From IMG/VR virus record IMGVR_UViG_3300047323_000545: a stretch of DNA of 64,000 nucleotides; one strand, given 5' to 3'. Source of the stretch: a virus. The notes below the pieces were generated by a model. The model made no database searches. It was not told the DNA's origin and saw only the letters and a list, made by a program, of their open reading frames with translations. The position numbers and the translations under genes are program-made. Shown here piece by piece: positions 25,928 through 35,032 of the stretch (its first letter is position 1; every line of letters begins with the position of its first letter).

Positions 25928-27664
25928 TTAGCGGCCCTTCCAGTTCGGAAGGTGCGGGCCGATGTAGCCGACGTGGACCTTCTCGGTCGGTCCGCAGGTG
26001 TCGTCGTAGAAGTGCATCCGGGGCGCCGGGCCGCCGCTGCCCTGCCCGATCCGGACGTGGAGCCCCATGAACACCTCGCCCAGGCCCGGCACTTCGAACA
26101 GCCGGGTCCGCTTCCAGTCGCTCCCGGTGCGCTCCAGGCTCACCTCGGAGGGCCGGAACCAGGTCCGGGGGATCAGGTCGGTGGCCTGCGGCCACTCCAG
26201 GTACGTCGCGAAGTGCGGCAGCACGTGCGTGCCGTGCTCCTTCTTGGCCGCGACGTAGGCGTTCAGCGCCTCCATCGTGTTCCACGTCCGCCGCAGCCAC
26301 GACGTCGAGGACGCGTGCCCGTACAGCTTCTGCAGCGGAGCCCGCACGCTGTCGAGGACCTGCACATGCTCCAGCAGCTCGGGCGCCAGCTCCAGCAGCT
26401 CCTGCCAGCTCTCCGGCCCCCTGGACGGCTCCGGCACCGGCTCCCCGTACGCCCGGCCCGGCACCTGCGCCAGCTGACGGCGCAGCCATCCCACCTCGCC
26501 GGTCAGCCGCTCCACCTCGGCATCGGACAGCTCGCTGAGCGCCTGCGCCTCCTGGGCCTGCCGCTCGGCCTCCTTCGCCTGCTGGGCCAGCGGCTGTGCG
26601 CGCAGCTCCTGCAGCCTGCTCTCGGCGTCGTCCCTGGACGCCCGCACCTGCTGAGCCATCTTCCGCTCGTCGTCCAGGACGCCCTGCAGGTCGGCCAGCT
26701 GCCGCTCCAGCTCACGGGTACGCTCGACGGCCTGGTCCTTCTCCAGCAGTATCCGCTTGGGCGCCACCGTGATCTCCGGCAACACCCACGTCTCGCGCAG
26801 GTCCTTCACGCACCAGCGGGCCGCGCTACCGTAGTGCGGCCGGAGCGCGGCGTACCGGGTGACGGCCTCGGCCGTCTCCTTCAGCAGCTGCTCCATGTTC
26901 CCGCCGGACGGCCGCCGCACACGGTAGTCGGCCCAGCCCCACTCCTCCTGGCGAGGACTCGTCGGTAGGATCAGCGCCCCGCCCCGAGACAGCTGCAGCC
27001 TGCTCTCCGGCAGCACGGTGGGGGTGTTGACGAGCCGGTCCTGATCCCCGAAGACGCGCACCTCCACCACCCGCCCTCGCAGGGAAGGGGGCAGGTAGGT
27101 GCCGAGCGTGGGTTCCGTCTCGTGCACCACAGCGCTGATCGGCCGCTTGTCGTGGGTGATGACGGTGATGTACCAGGAGGCCGCCGACATGGCGGAGAAC
27201 ATCTTGCTGTAGTCCGGGAGGTCCACTCCCTTGGTGAAGGTGTAGTCGACCAGCGGCATGCGCCCGGAGACCCAGTCATACGGGCGGACATCGCCGAACA
27301 TGATCATCGGCGACTGCCAGTCCAGGTTCCAGGGGCTGTCGGCCTCGGCCGTCAGCCTCCAGCACATCTCGATGTTGACGTCGCTGGTGTCCAGCTTCTT
27401 CTTGGACAGCCTCAGGAGGGCGGCTGCAGTCAGGTCCGGCTGCAGCTCCAGCCGGGCCTTGATGCGGTCGCCGTCCCAGGTGCGCCAGGCGGCGTCGAAC
27501 CCCCACCACCACTTCGGGTCGTCGGAGGGGGTGAACTCCCTCCAGTGCTGGAACGGCTCCTGCTGCAGGCGCTGGCGGATCGCCCGCAGAGAGCTGGAGT
27601 TCTTCACTCGACCGCTGGTGTGCCAGACCGTCTCCGGCCAAGGCTGAAGCGACTTCCGCTTCAT
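25928..27664 (-). CDS. Coiled-coil protein with C-terminal toxin/RNase-like domain (tentative)
   Basis: 578 aa; central coiled coil; C-terminal HVRIG....PRMHF.......VHVGYIGPHL. Confidence 0.5.
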   Translation of the reverse strand: MKRKSLQPWPETVWHTSGRVKNSSSLRAIRQRLQQEPFQHWREFTPSDDPKWWWGFDAAWRTWDGDRIKARLELQPDLTAAALLRLSKKKLDTSDVNIEMCWRLTAEADSPWNLDWQSPMIMFGDVRPYDWVSGRMPLVDYTFTKGVDLPDYSKMFSAMSAASWYITVITHDKRPISAVVHETEPTLGTYLPPSLRGRVVEVRVFGDQDRLVNTPTVLPESRLQLSRGGALILPTSPRQEEWGWADYRVRRPSGGNMEQLLKETAEAVTRYAALRPHYGSAARWCVKDLRETWVLPEITVAPKRILLEKDQAVERTRELERQLADLQGVLDDERKMAQQVRASRDDAESRLQELRAQPLAQQAKEAERQAQEAQALSELSDAEVERLTGEVGWLRRQLAQVPGRAYGEPVPEPSRGPESWQELLELAPELLEHVQVLDSVRAPLQKLYGHASSTSWLRRTWNTMEALNAYVAAKKEHGTHVLPHFATYLEWPQATDLIPRTWFRPSEVSLERTGSDWKRTRLFEVPGLGEVFMGLHVRIGQGSGGPAPRMHFYDDTCGPTEKVHVGYIGPHLPNWKGR

Positions 27665-27757
27665 GGTGTTCTCCTTACGCTGGCGGTGTTTGCATTGTGG
27701 TGGCGGCCACTGACAACCACAGCCAGACCAGAGAAAACCAGCGACGAAACGTAAAGA

Positions 27758-28309
27758 TCAGCGCATTTCGTAACGAGATTCGGTGGGCCCGAACTGGTTC
27801 TGGTAGTGGTTGCCCGCGCTTCCGTACGGCCTCGTGGGGACGGCCTGCATGGGGATGAGGCACAGCTGGGCGATCGGCATCAGCCGCCGGAGCCGGATCG
27901 GCTTGCCGGACAGGTTGGCGATCTCCAGCGTGATCTGTCCGCTGAACCCCGGGTCGATGAAGCCCGCCGTCACGTGCACGGTCAGGCCCAACCGGCCCAG
28001 GGAACTCTTTCCTTCGACCCTCGCCGCCAGGTCGGGCGGCAGGGTCACACGCTCGACGGTGCAGCCGAGAAGGAAGGCTCCTGGCTCCAGCAGCCAGCCG
28101 TCCCCGTCGATCTCGTGGAGCGTGGTGTGCCCGGCTCGCACGTCCGCCACGTCGATCGCCGAACCCTCGGGGAACGGCCGATCCAACGTACGCACGTACT
28201 GGTCGAGCAGCATGTCCACGGAGGCGGGCTGTACCCGCTCCGGGTCGAACGGGGAGATGTCAAAATCTCCCGAGATGATGCGGTCTTTGATCTGCCAGTC
28301 GGCGAGCAT
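27758..28309 (-). CDS. dcd: dCTP deaminase
   Basis: VQPASVD, ARVEGKSSLGRLGL.VHVTAGFIDPGFSGQITLE, YQNQ.GPT.SR. Confidence 0.95.
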   Translation of the reverse strand: MLADWQIKDRIISGDFDISPFDPERVQPASVDMLLDQYVRTLDRPFPEGSAIDVADVRAGHTTLHEIDGDGWLLEPGAFLLGCTVERVTLPPDLAARVEGKSSLGRLGLTVHVTAGFIDPGFSGQITLEIANLSGKPIRLRRLMPIAQLCLIPMQAVPTRPYGSAGNHYQNQFGPTESRYEMR

Positions 28310-28329
28310 GTGGTGGTCCCCTTTCTCCA

Positions 28330-28361
28330 CCCCATGGGGGCGCCGACTGGCGGTGAGACAG
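28330..28361 (-). promoter_or_regulatory. Late-type bipartite motif, copy 10 (variant)
   Basis: CTGTC-N21-ATGGGGTG upstream of dcd. Confidence 0.5.
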
Positions 28362-28364
28362 CTA

Positions 28365-28559
28365 CTACGCGGCCCTGGCGCTCACCAGCGCCGTGGCCAG
28401 CATGTCGGCCAGGCCGGGCCGTTCGCGGACGGCGGGCTCCGTGCAGGGCCACTTCGTCACGACGATCTGGAAGTGCACCAGGTCGCCGTCGGCCTCGGTC
28501 GCCAGGCTGAAATGGACGACGCCGCAGCGCGAGCACACCTTGTCGATGGCCTTAGTCAC
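28365..28559 (-). CDS. Small hypothetical protein (CxxC)
   Basis: Overlapping operon structure. Confidence 0.5.
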   Translation of the reverse strand: MTKAIDKVCSRCGVVHFSLATEADGDLVHFQIVVTKWPCTEPAVRERPGLADMLATALVSARAA

Positions 28560-28707
28560 GGCGGCGCCCCGGAAGGTTGCCCCAGGCCCAGAACCATATG
28601 GTGATCGCCGTGAGCGCCCCGACGAAGACGCCCGCGCCGGAGTCCTTGGCGAGCCAGGCGGCGCCGCCGGTGGCGATACCGAAGGCGGCGCCGATGAGGG
28701 TGCGCAT
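28552..28707 (-). CDS. Small membrane protein
   Basis: Start MRTLIG by TGATG overlap; two hydrophobic segments. Confidence 0.5.
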   Translation of the reverse strand: MRTLIGAAFGIATGGAAWLAKDSGAGVFVGALTAITIWFWAWGNLPGRRRD

Positions 28708-28898
28708 CAGTCGGTACCCCCGCTGAGCGCCCAGGCCAGGATGATGCAGCCCAGGTCCCACAGCGCGTCGGCCAGGCGGAACCACACCGCGATGATCAGG
28801 CCGATGCCGACCAGGCAGGCAATCTCCGTGCTCTGGCCCGCGTGGTGGGCGACCCCGGCGGCGATGGCGCCGAGGATCGCCCCGATCGCGAATCTCAT
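28707..28898 (-). CDS. Small membrane protein
   Basis: Start MRFAIG by ATGA overlap; similar in layout to its neighbour. Confidence 0.5.
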   Translation of the reverse strand: MRFAIGAILGAIAAGVAHHAGQSTEIACLVGIGLIIAVWFRLADALWDLGCIILAWALSGGTD

Positions 28899-29473
28899 CG
28901 CACCTGGTCCTTCGCCGTGACACGGTGCTGCGGGCAGCGCGGGTATCCGTCGTGGTCGGGCGTCCACCCCTCGGGCAAGAAGTCGGCGCGCACGAAGGTC
29001 GCCGAGCAGCAGCGGCAGGGGATGAGGGGCTCGGCGACCGGCTCCGGATACGGCTGCAGACGCAGCGCGCGGGCCTGCTCGTGCGTGCGGTGGATCTCGG
29101 AGTGGGCGGCGGTCAGCTCACTCATCAGGGTGGCCGTGGCGCCCCGCAGGTAGTCCGAGAGGAGGTCGAGGGTGACCTTGCGGGCACGCTTGGGCGCCCA
29201 CCGGAACCAGCGGCCCATGCCCTCGGCCAGGGCCTCCGCCATCCGGTCGGCGTACCAGCTGACCTGCCTGTCGTGTGAGTCCCGCAGCTGCTTCAGGTCG
29301 GACTTGTGAAGCGGCGTCACGTCGACCCGGCGCCCCGCGAGGGCGGCGGTGACAGCGACGATGTCGTCCTCGGTCATCCCCTTGAAGAACTTCTTGATGA
29401 CCCTGCTGCTGCCCGAAGGCGAGTAGACGAGAGTGACCGTCGTGCCGGTGCGCTCGGTGGTGGTGTCGTTCAT
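28895..29473 (-). CDS. Hypothetical protein with C-terminal Cys/His Zn motif
   Basis: CRCC...CPQH; ATGA overlaps. Confidence 0.6.
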   Translation of the reverse strand: MNDTTTERTGTTVTLVYSPSGSSRVIKKFFKGMTEDDIVAVTAALAGRRVDVTPLHKSDLKQLRDSHDRQVSWYADRMAEALAEGMGRWFRWAPKRARKVTLDLLSDYLRGATATLMSELTAAHSEIHRTHEQARALRLQPYPEPVAEPLIPCRCCSATFVRADFLPEGWTPDHDGYPRCPQHRVTAKDQVR

Positions 29474-30018
29474 GCTGCCTTGACCCCCATGGCGGTGGTG
29501 GTGGAGAGGTTGATGACGTCGTTGCGGGCGGTCTGCTGGCGCTGGACCGTGTCGACGACCGTCTGCCAGGCCATGCCGCAGAACCGGCCCAGCATCCGCT
29601 CGATGTTCAGGACGGCCTCGGGATCGACTCGGACCTTGCGCGCGGTGGCCTCCATCAGCATCTTGGCCATCTGTTCCGTACGTTCTCCGCTGGTACCCAG
29701 ATTCAGGATGTCCAGCGGGTGGTCGTCCTCCCCGTACAGGAACGTCTGGGCGCAGGTGGACCGGTAGGGGCGTATCCCCTTCTCGGTGCCGATCTTGCGC
29801 AGGTTCCGCCGGTAGTCGAGGTAGTTGCCGACCAGGGACACGAACGGCTGGGGAACGCCCAGCAGTTGAGCGATGTCCGTGTGCGTCCAGCGGAAGCTGG
29901 GCCGGGCCCGGTTGGAGAGGTCGTCGATGGCGGCCATGGCCACCAGGCGGTGGGCTTCCTTGTCACGCAGGTCGAGGTTGTCGCGGACGGCAAACAGGTG
30001 CGGATGTGCTGCGGGCAT
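29470..30018 (-). CDS. Hypothetical protein, possible HTH
   Basis: WTHTDIAQLLGVPQPFVS is HTH-like. Confidence 0.55.
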   Translation of the reverse strand: MPAAHPHLFAVRDNLDLRDKEAHRLVAMAAIDDLSNRARPSFRWTHTDIAQLLGVPQPFVSLVGNYLDYRRNLRKIGTEKGIRPYRSTCAQTFLYGEDDHPLDILNLGTSGERTEQMAKMLMEATARKVRVDPEAVLNIERMLGRFCGMAWQTVVDTVQRQQTARNDVINLSTTTAMGVKAA

Positions 30019-30041
30019 GGCGGGTTGCCCTTCCTGAAGGT

Positions 30042-30317
30042 TCAGAGTGTGATGGCTGCCAGCAGGTTGCGGCGGTAGTCGAACACGGAGCGCATGGTGA
30101 AGCTCCCCTGTCCACCGTTGACCAGCTCCAGGGGGCCGACGAGTCCGCGAGTGCGGTTCAGCCGAGACCTCCGTACCAGGTCGTCCATCTCATCCTGAGT
30201 CAGCCCCAGCCACTCACGGGCGAGATCCGGAGTGAAGGTGTAGTCGTCGATCTCTTCCTTGGGAAGCTCGACGGGTACACGTGGCTTCGAGGGCATGGAG
30301 CACTCAGATGAAGGCAT
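30042..30317 (-). CDS. Hypothetical protein, possible excisionase/MerR-like HTH
   Basis: FTPDLAREWLGLT...DDLVRR; AGGAG RBS. Confidence 0.45.
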   Translation of the reverse strand: MPSSECSMPSKPRVPVELPKEEIDDYTFTPDLAREWLGLTQDEMDDLVRRSRLNRTRGLVGPLELVNGGQGSFTMRSVFDYRRNLLAAITL

Positions 30318-30470
30318 GGATGATCTCCTGGCGGGTGGAGATTGAAGAAAGTTGATCTTGCGGACTGGCGGGTCCGCGTGGCCTTCACTCTACACGCACA
30401 TACCACCGTGCCCAGGCATATGCAGAAAACTGACGCTCAGTTACTTTTGCAGGCCAGAGCCGGACATGAC

Positions 30471-30506
30471 GGAGCCCCACCCCCTGGATAGAAGGGGTGG
30501 GGCTCC
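30471..30506. terminator. Hairpin
   Basis: GGAGCCCCACCCC...GGGGTGGGGCTCC just after the 30516 stop. Confidence 0.55.
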
Positions 30507-30515
30507 ATGGCCAGT

Positions 30516-30929
30516 CTACGCCCGCGCGTGCGCCAGCAGCTGCGTCACCACCCTGTCGAGCCGGGCTGTGCTGGCCGTCAGGTCGGCGTCGGCGAGCAGG
30601 TCCCTCACCGTCATGGACGCGTACCGGCCATCCGTCAGGCTCAGGTCCCGGCGCCACACGGTCAGGTCGATGAGCACCGTCACCATGACCGTCCACCCCC
30701 TGAACCCAGACCCCTCGGGCGGGGCCGCGTTGATCACCTTCTGTACCACCGCGCACCCGGCCTGACCGGGGCACGACTCCTCGACGGCCTTCCGCAGCGG
30801 CGCCTTCAGCCCCTTCGCCGCCTCCGGGACCTGCTCCTCTTCCTCGACGGACACGTACACCAGGTACGTCGCCGTCAGCTTCCCTGTCGTCTCCGCCTCG
30901 GGAGACACGTCCTTCGCCATGCCGGTCAT
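30516..30929 (-). CDS. Hypothetical protein
   Basis: ORF with RBS in the early array. Confidence 0.55.
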   Translation of the reverse strand: MTGMAKDVSPEAETTGKLTATYLVYVSVEEEEQVPEAAKGLKAPLRKAVEESCPGQAGCAVVQKVINAAPPEGSGFRGWTVMVTVLIDLTVWRRDLSLTDGRYASMTVRDLLADADLTASTARLDRVVTQLLAHARA

Positions 30930-30933
30930 CCTC

Positions 30934-31383
30934 TCAGGCGGCCGTGGCCATGTCGGCGGCCGTCAGCGGCCTGAACTGGTTGACGATCCGGCCCCGCTGC
31001 AGGTGCACGATCTCGCCGAGCCGGGTCAGGTAGAAGTGGCCCGGCGCGCGCCGGACGAGCGTCTGCAGGCCCTTGCCGCTCATGGGCTGCGTCTGCGGGA
31101 TCGGCTTGCCGCCCGTGGGCGCGGCCCAGTGCTGGTACTCCCCGTCGAGCTTGCGCATGTCCTGGCTGTAGTGGAGCGGGACGTACTGAATGACGGTCCA
31201 GTCGTCGGCGGTGACGACGAACCCCCCACCCTTCTGCGGCTTGACGTCGCGGTCCGAGTGGACCTGGGTGAGGACGTAGTCGACCTGGGAGCCGTGGACG
31301 ATCTCGGCGTGCCGGGTGCGGTGGTTCAGGCGCAGGTAGGCGTCGGCGCCCGCGATGGTGCGCCGGTTCATGATGGCGGTCAT
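30934..31383 (-). CDS. Hypothetical protein
   Basis: AAGGA RBS, CCGCCA leader. Confidence 0.65.
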   Translation of the reverse strand: MTAIMNRRTIAGADAYLRLNHRTRHAEIVHGSQVDYVLTQVHSDRDVKPQKGGGFVVTADDWTVIQYVPLHYSQDMRKLDGEYQHWAAPTGGKPIPQTQPMSGKGLQTLVRRAPGHFYLTRLGEIVHLQRGRIVNQFRPLTAADMATAA

Positions 31384-31468
31384 GGTGTTCCTTCGTGGCG
31401 GTCGAGGAACTGCTGATGGAGTTGTAAAGAAGTGACGGGGCCGGGCAGTTGGCGGGCTGCCCGGCTGG

Positions 31469-31612
31469 TCAGGCTTGGTCGTCGTTGAGCTGGTCGAGGA
31501 GTGCCGCTTCGGCGGGGTGGCACTGCCTGCACATCTTGTGCGGGGTGTCCTCGTGGAGGCCCTGCTTGTGCTCCGAGGCCAACATCAGGGTGTACGCGGT
31601 CGGGTCCGGCAT
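31469..31612 (-). CDS. Small His/Cys protein
   Basis: Start MPDPTAY; EH..GLH....H..C..C. Confidence 0.45.
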   Translation of the reverse strand: MPDPTAYTLMLASEHKQGLHEDTPHKMCRQCHPAEAALLDQLNDDQA

Positions 31613-31614
31613 GG

Positions 31615-32406
31615 TCAGGCCCTCTGCAGCCGCGTGCCGTTCTTCCAGGCTTCGAGGTCGTCGCCCTTGGCCTGCTGTAGCGCCTGGTCCGCGCCGCACT
31701 GCACGCACAGGGTGTAGACCGTCGTGAGGTTGGTGCCCGGCTCCGGCCCGTCCGCGTAGAAGCCCGCGATGACGACGTTCCACAGCTCGCCCAGGGTGCG
31801 CTCCCTGGTCGTCCCGGCCTTCACTGCCTTCGCCAGCGCGGCGCAGGGCGCCTTGTGGACCGTCGCTCGCCGCAGCGGCGACTGGGTCCGGTGGGAGAGC
31901 TGGACGATGCCCCACTCCTTCGGCTCGGCGTCCTCGGCCGGTTTGGGGGTTTCTTCGGCGCCCAAGCCGTTCTCATCGGCGATCTTCATGGCGATCTGCT
32001 CGGCCTGGGCGTGGTCGTCGACACCCCCGCGCGCTTCGATACGGCGCTGCAGTTCCTCTCGGTCCTTGGCGGTCGGCGTGTAGGGCTCGTCCCACTCGGC
32101 GGCGTCGCGGAAACCGTCCCACATCGGCTCGGGGTAGACCCAGTCGCGCGCCAGGGCGATGCCCGCGAGCATGGCCGAGCCGGAGCCCTTGAGCCGGGCG
32201 TTGGCGTAGAACTCCTTGCCCTGCTTGTCGAGCTGGTGGAAGAGGATCTCGCGCACGCGGGTGCCGACGTCGCTCTTCAGCAGCTCCTCATCGGTCATGG
32301 CGCCGTAGTCGCTGGCGAGCGCGACGTCGGCCTCGGCGTCGAGGAACAGGTTGACCAGCTCGCGGATGCGGGCGCGGCGTTCTTCGGGCGTGGGCGTGGT
32401 GGTCAA
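31615..32406 (-). CDS. Hypothetical protein
   Basis: TTG start with AAGGAG RBS, directly after an early promoter. Confidence 0.65.
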   Translation of the reverse strand: MTTTPTPEERRARIRELVNLFLDAEADVALASDYGAMTDEELLKSDVGTRVREILFHQLDKQGKEFYANARLKGSGSAMLAGIALARDWVYPEPMWDGFRDAAEWDEPYTPTAKDREELQRRIEARGGVDDHAQAEQIAMKIADENGLGAEETPKPAEDAEPKEWGIVQLSHRTQSPLRRATVHKAPCAALAKAVKAGTTRERTLGELWNVVIAGFYADGPEPGTNLTTVYTLCVQCGADQALQQAKGDDLEAWKNGTRLQRA

Positions 32407-32439
32407 GGTGTTCTCCTTCGTTCCCTTGGCGAGATCTCC

Positions 32440-32468
32440 ACTCTAACGCATCACGTGTTGCGCGTCTA
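32440..32468 (-). promoter_or_regulatory. Early promoter/operator, copy 1
   Basis: TAGACG-17-TAGAGT with GCAAC-ACGT-GATGC. Confidence 0.8.
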
Positions 32469-33071
32469 CGGGATGAGGCTGGCCTCGCGCGCCTTGGCGG
32501 ACATGTGCGTGAGGCTGGCCGCGCATCGCTCGCCCTGGTCGTTCTCGTGGGGGCGCACCCGGTCGGCAGCGTCGAGACTGACCTCCGCGCTGCAGGTGGA
32601 GGCCTCGGGGCACCGGTACTTCTTGGCGGCCTGCCACGGGTCGACGAGGGCCTGTAGCGGGGTCACGTTGAGAATGAGCGTCGCGGACAGATTCTCGCGC
32701 AGGTCGCCGAGGACGCGGTCGATGGCGTCACGCCGGACGAGACGAGTGAGCTTCTCGATGTCCTTCTGCTGGCCGATGACGGCCAGTTCGTCGGCCACCG
32801 CCTGCTCGTCGAAGCCCTTGGTATAGGCGGAGGCGGGGCTCGCCTGGATGACGAGCATGCCCCGCCGCGCGCCGGTGCTGCTGTCCTGGACTCCCGACCT
32901 GGACGAGGCGTCGGCGGGGGCCAGGGAAAAGGAGGCCCCCTCCGAGCCGGGAGTGAGTTCCCATAGGCGCGTGTCCAGCAGGAGCGCCGGGCCGGTGGAG
33001 CGGCGGGCGGCCGTTCGGGAGGCCGCCTTGGTGGCGTACAGCTCTCGCGGTTTCAGCTCGGACAGGCGCAT
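32466..33071 (-). CDS. Hypothetical protein
   Basis: GGAG RBS; C-terminal Cys/His motif. Confidence 0.55.
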   Translation of the reverse strand: MRLSELKPRELYATKAASRTAARRSTGPALLLDTRLWELTPGSEGASFSLAPADASSRSGVQDSSTGARRGMLVIQASPASAYTKGFDEQAVADELAVIGQQKDIEKLTRLVRRDAIDRVLGDLRENLSATLILNVTPLQALVDPWQAAKKYRCPEASTCSAEVSLDAADRVRPHENDQGERCAASLTHMSAKAREASLIP

Positions 33072-33107
33072 GGTGGGGCTCCAGGGGGTGGCGTGGACAA
33101 TTGACCC

Positions 33108-33130
33108 ACTCTAACGCATCAATGGATGCC
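33108..33130 (-). promoter_or_regulatory. Early promoter/operator, copy 2 (no -35)
   Basis: GCATC-CATT-GATGC-GT-TAGAGT. Confidence 0.65.
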
Positions 33131-33151
33131 ATGGGGTGGGATGCGGGCAGT

Positions 33152-33523
33152 TCAGGCGGCGGGCAGGACCTGTCGGAAGGCGAGCACGGCCATGACCCCT
33201 GAGCCGGGCACGCGGGTGCGGCGTGAGATCTCCTCGACGCTCAGCCCGTTCAGCAGGTACAGGTCGGTGATCACCTCTATCTTCGCCCACGGCACGCCCG
33301 AGACGGCGAACTCCGTGTGCTCCTCCTTCAGGCGGGCGTGCAGCCGCCAGCCGTACTCGGTCAGGTACAGGGTTCCGCGCACGGACTTCGCGTACTTCTT
33401 GGCGCGCAGGCTCTCCCGGAAGTTGCAGCCGGATGCGTTGATCCGGCCGGTGCCCGGGTCGGCGTGGAGCAGGGCCTGACGCTCGGCGGCGGTCAGCTTG
33501 CTGGTGATGCTATTGCGGGCCAT
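33152..33523 (-). CDS. Winged-helix plus HTH protein
   Basis: LTAAERQAL...YLTEYG; C-terminal GLSVEEISRRTRV. Confidence 0.55.
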   Translation of the reverse strand: MARNSITSKLTAAERQALLHADPGTGRINASGCNFRESLRAKKYAKSVRGTLYLTEYGWRLHARLKEEHTEFAVSGVPWAKIEVITDLYLLNGLSVEEISRRTRVPGSGVMAVLAFRQVLPAA

Positions 33524-33577
33524 GGGGACTCCTGGCGGTGAGTCGGAACGAATGGGTGCCTGGCGGGCAATCCGAGG

Positions 33578-33856
33578 CTAGCGCTCGACGCTCTCGGCGA
33601 AGCGGTTCTCGGCGATCTGAATTGCCTCGCGGACGTCGGCGGCCAGCTGCGGCTCGGCGCCGGACAGCGGCCACGAGCGCGCCGAGACGGACACCAGGGA
33701 GCCGTCCCTGCTGGTCACGGCGCGAACGACGTGTCCACGCTTGCTGCCCTGGGTCAGCTCCAGCTCGACGACGGAGCCGTCGCTGCGCGGGGCGGTCAGG
33801 CGGATCGTTCCGCCGAGGCGGACGAGCGGCTTGACGGTAGCGGTCATCTGCGGCAT
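33578..33856 (-). CDS. Hypothetical protein
   Basis: AGGAGG RBS, CCCGCCA leader. Confidence 0.6.
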   Translation of the reverse strand: MPQMTATVKPLVRLGGTIRLTAPRSDGSVVELELTQGSKRGHVVRAVTSRDGSLVSVSARSWPLSGAEPQLAADVREAIQIAENRFAESVER

Positions 33857-33981
33857 GGGGCCCTCCTGTGGCGGGTCAAGAGGTGAACGAGAGACGGCCG
33901 CACCTGATGGAGGTCAGGATGTGGCGGCCGTCACTGATATTGCCGAAACGTGCGTCAATTGATCGACGGAAATCTGTTTTT

Positions 33982-34293
33982 TTACTTACTCGTTACTGTG
34001 GGCTGCCGGTCCTCCGGGCCCCAGTCGTCCGGCGAGATGCCGATCGTCGCGAGCGCCGGACCCTGGACGATCTGCTCCGCGCTCTCCGTGGCCAGCGGCC
34101 CGTACCAGGCGACGCGCTGGCCGCTCGCCGGGTTGCGGAAGATGGCCAGCGCGGCCGGGAGCAGCAGCGGCGGCGCGAACCGCAGCAGGTACACCGAGTC
34201 GTCCTGGCCATCGAGCGGCTCGATCGTCGTCTCGGCCGGGTGCCAGCCGTGCGGGGACGGGTCCCAGCTCTCGGGGATGGGCACCATGAACAT
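33982..34293 (-). CDS. Hypothetical protein
   Basis: Start MFMVPIP by TGATG overlap; GGAGG RBS. Confidence 0.5.
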   Translation of the reverse strand: MFMVPIPESWDPSPHGWHPAETTIEPLDGQDDSVYLLRFAPPLLLPAALAIFRNPASGQRVAWYGPLATESAEQIVQGPALATIGISPDDWGPEDRQPTVTSK

Positions 34294-34913
34294 CAGACCC
34301 CCTCCGGGGCGGCCACCAGGGTGGTCGGTTCGAAGCTGGACCAGGTGGCGCCGTCCTTGGCCTTGTGCGCGCGCAGCTCGTTGGCGACGGCGCGGCCCAG
34401 CTCGGTGAGCCGGAAGCGGGCCCACGGCATCAGCCGCCACTCGGTGTGGCCGGTCATCAGGCCCGGCCGGGGGTCGTACGAGCCATTGAGCGGGCGGCCG
34501 TTCGGCTTCAGGAAGTACTCGCCGTCCTCGCTGACGCCCGGCATCTCGATGGTGATGAGCCTGGCGTCGACCATGTCCATCAGGGCGTCGGCCTCGCAGT
34601 GCCCGTACACGGTGACCGACTCGCCGCCGACGGGCTTGAGACGCAGGCCGTACTGGTCGGCCGCGTCCTCGCCGCCGAGGGAGGAGTGCCGGTTGCGGGC
34701 GGCCCACAGCATGGGCCAGTTGCGCTGGGAGAGGGTGAGCCGGTCCCAGGTGATGCGACCGCTGTACTCGACCTCCACGTTCTCCACGTAGCCGAGGAGG
34801 CTCCAGTGGTCCTTGCCCCAGCGCTCGGGGGCGATCTGCTCGCGGCCCTCGCGGGCCTGCCACTCCGGAGAGGCGTTCATCAGCTCGGCGAGCTGGGTCA
34901 TGTCGATGGTCAT
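34293..34913 (-). CDS. Hypothetical protein
   Basis: First gene after an early promoter; GGGAG RBS. Confidence 0.65.
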   Translation of the reverse strand: MTIDMTQLAELMNASPEWQAREGREQIAPERWGKDHWSLLGYVENVEVEYSGRITWDRLTLSQRNWPMLWAARNRHSSLGGEDAADQYGLRLKPVGGESVTVYGHCEADALMDMVDARLITIEMPGVSEDGEYFLKPNGRPLNGSYDPRPGLMTGHTEWRLMPWARFRLTELGRAVANELRAHKAKDGATWSSFEPTTLVAAPEGV

Positions 34914-34946
34914 GGGGTTGCTCCCTTGTTCCTAGGCAGTGATCCC

Positions 34947-34975
34947 ACTCTAGGGCATCAATCGTTGCGCGTCTA
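34947..34975 (-). promoter_or_regulatory. Early promoter/operator, copy 3
   Basis: TAGACG-17-TAGAGT with GCAAC-GATT-GATGC. Confidence 0.8.
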
Positions 34976-35032
34976 CTGGTTCGGGAAACGCAAAGGCCCG
35001 CCCCGGTGAAGGGGCGGGCCCATGCCATCTGA

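Noticed and set aside
30387-30415. TAGAGT -10-like box upstream of 30317
   Set aside because: It lacks the operator palindrome and a -35, so it was not counted in the promoter family.
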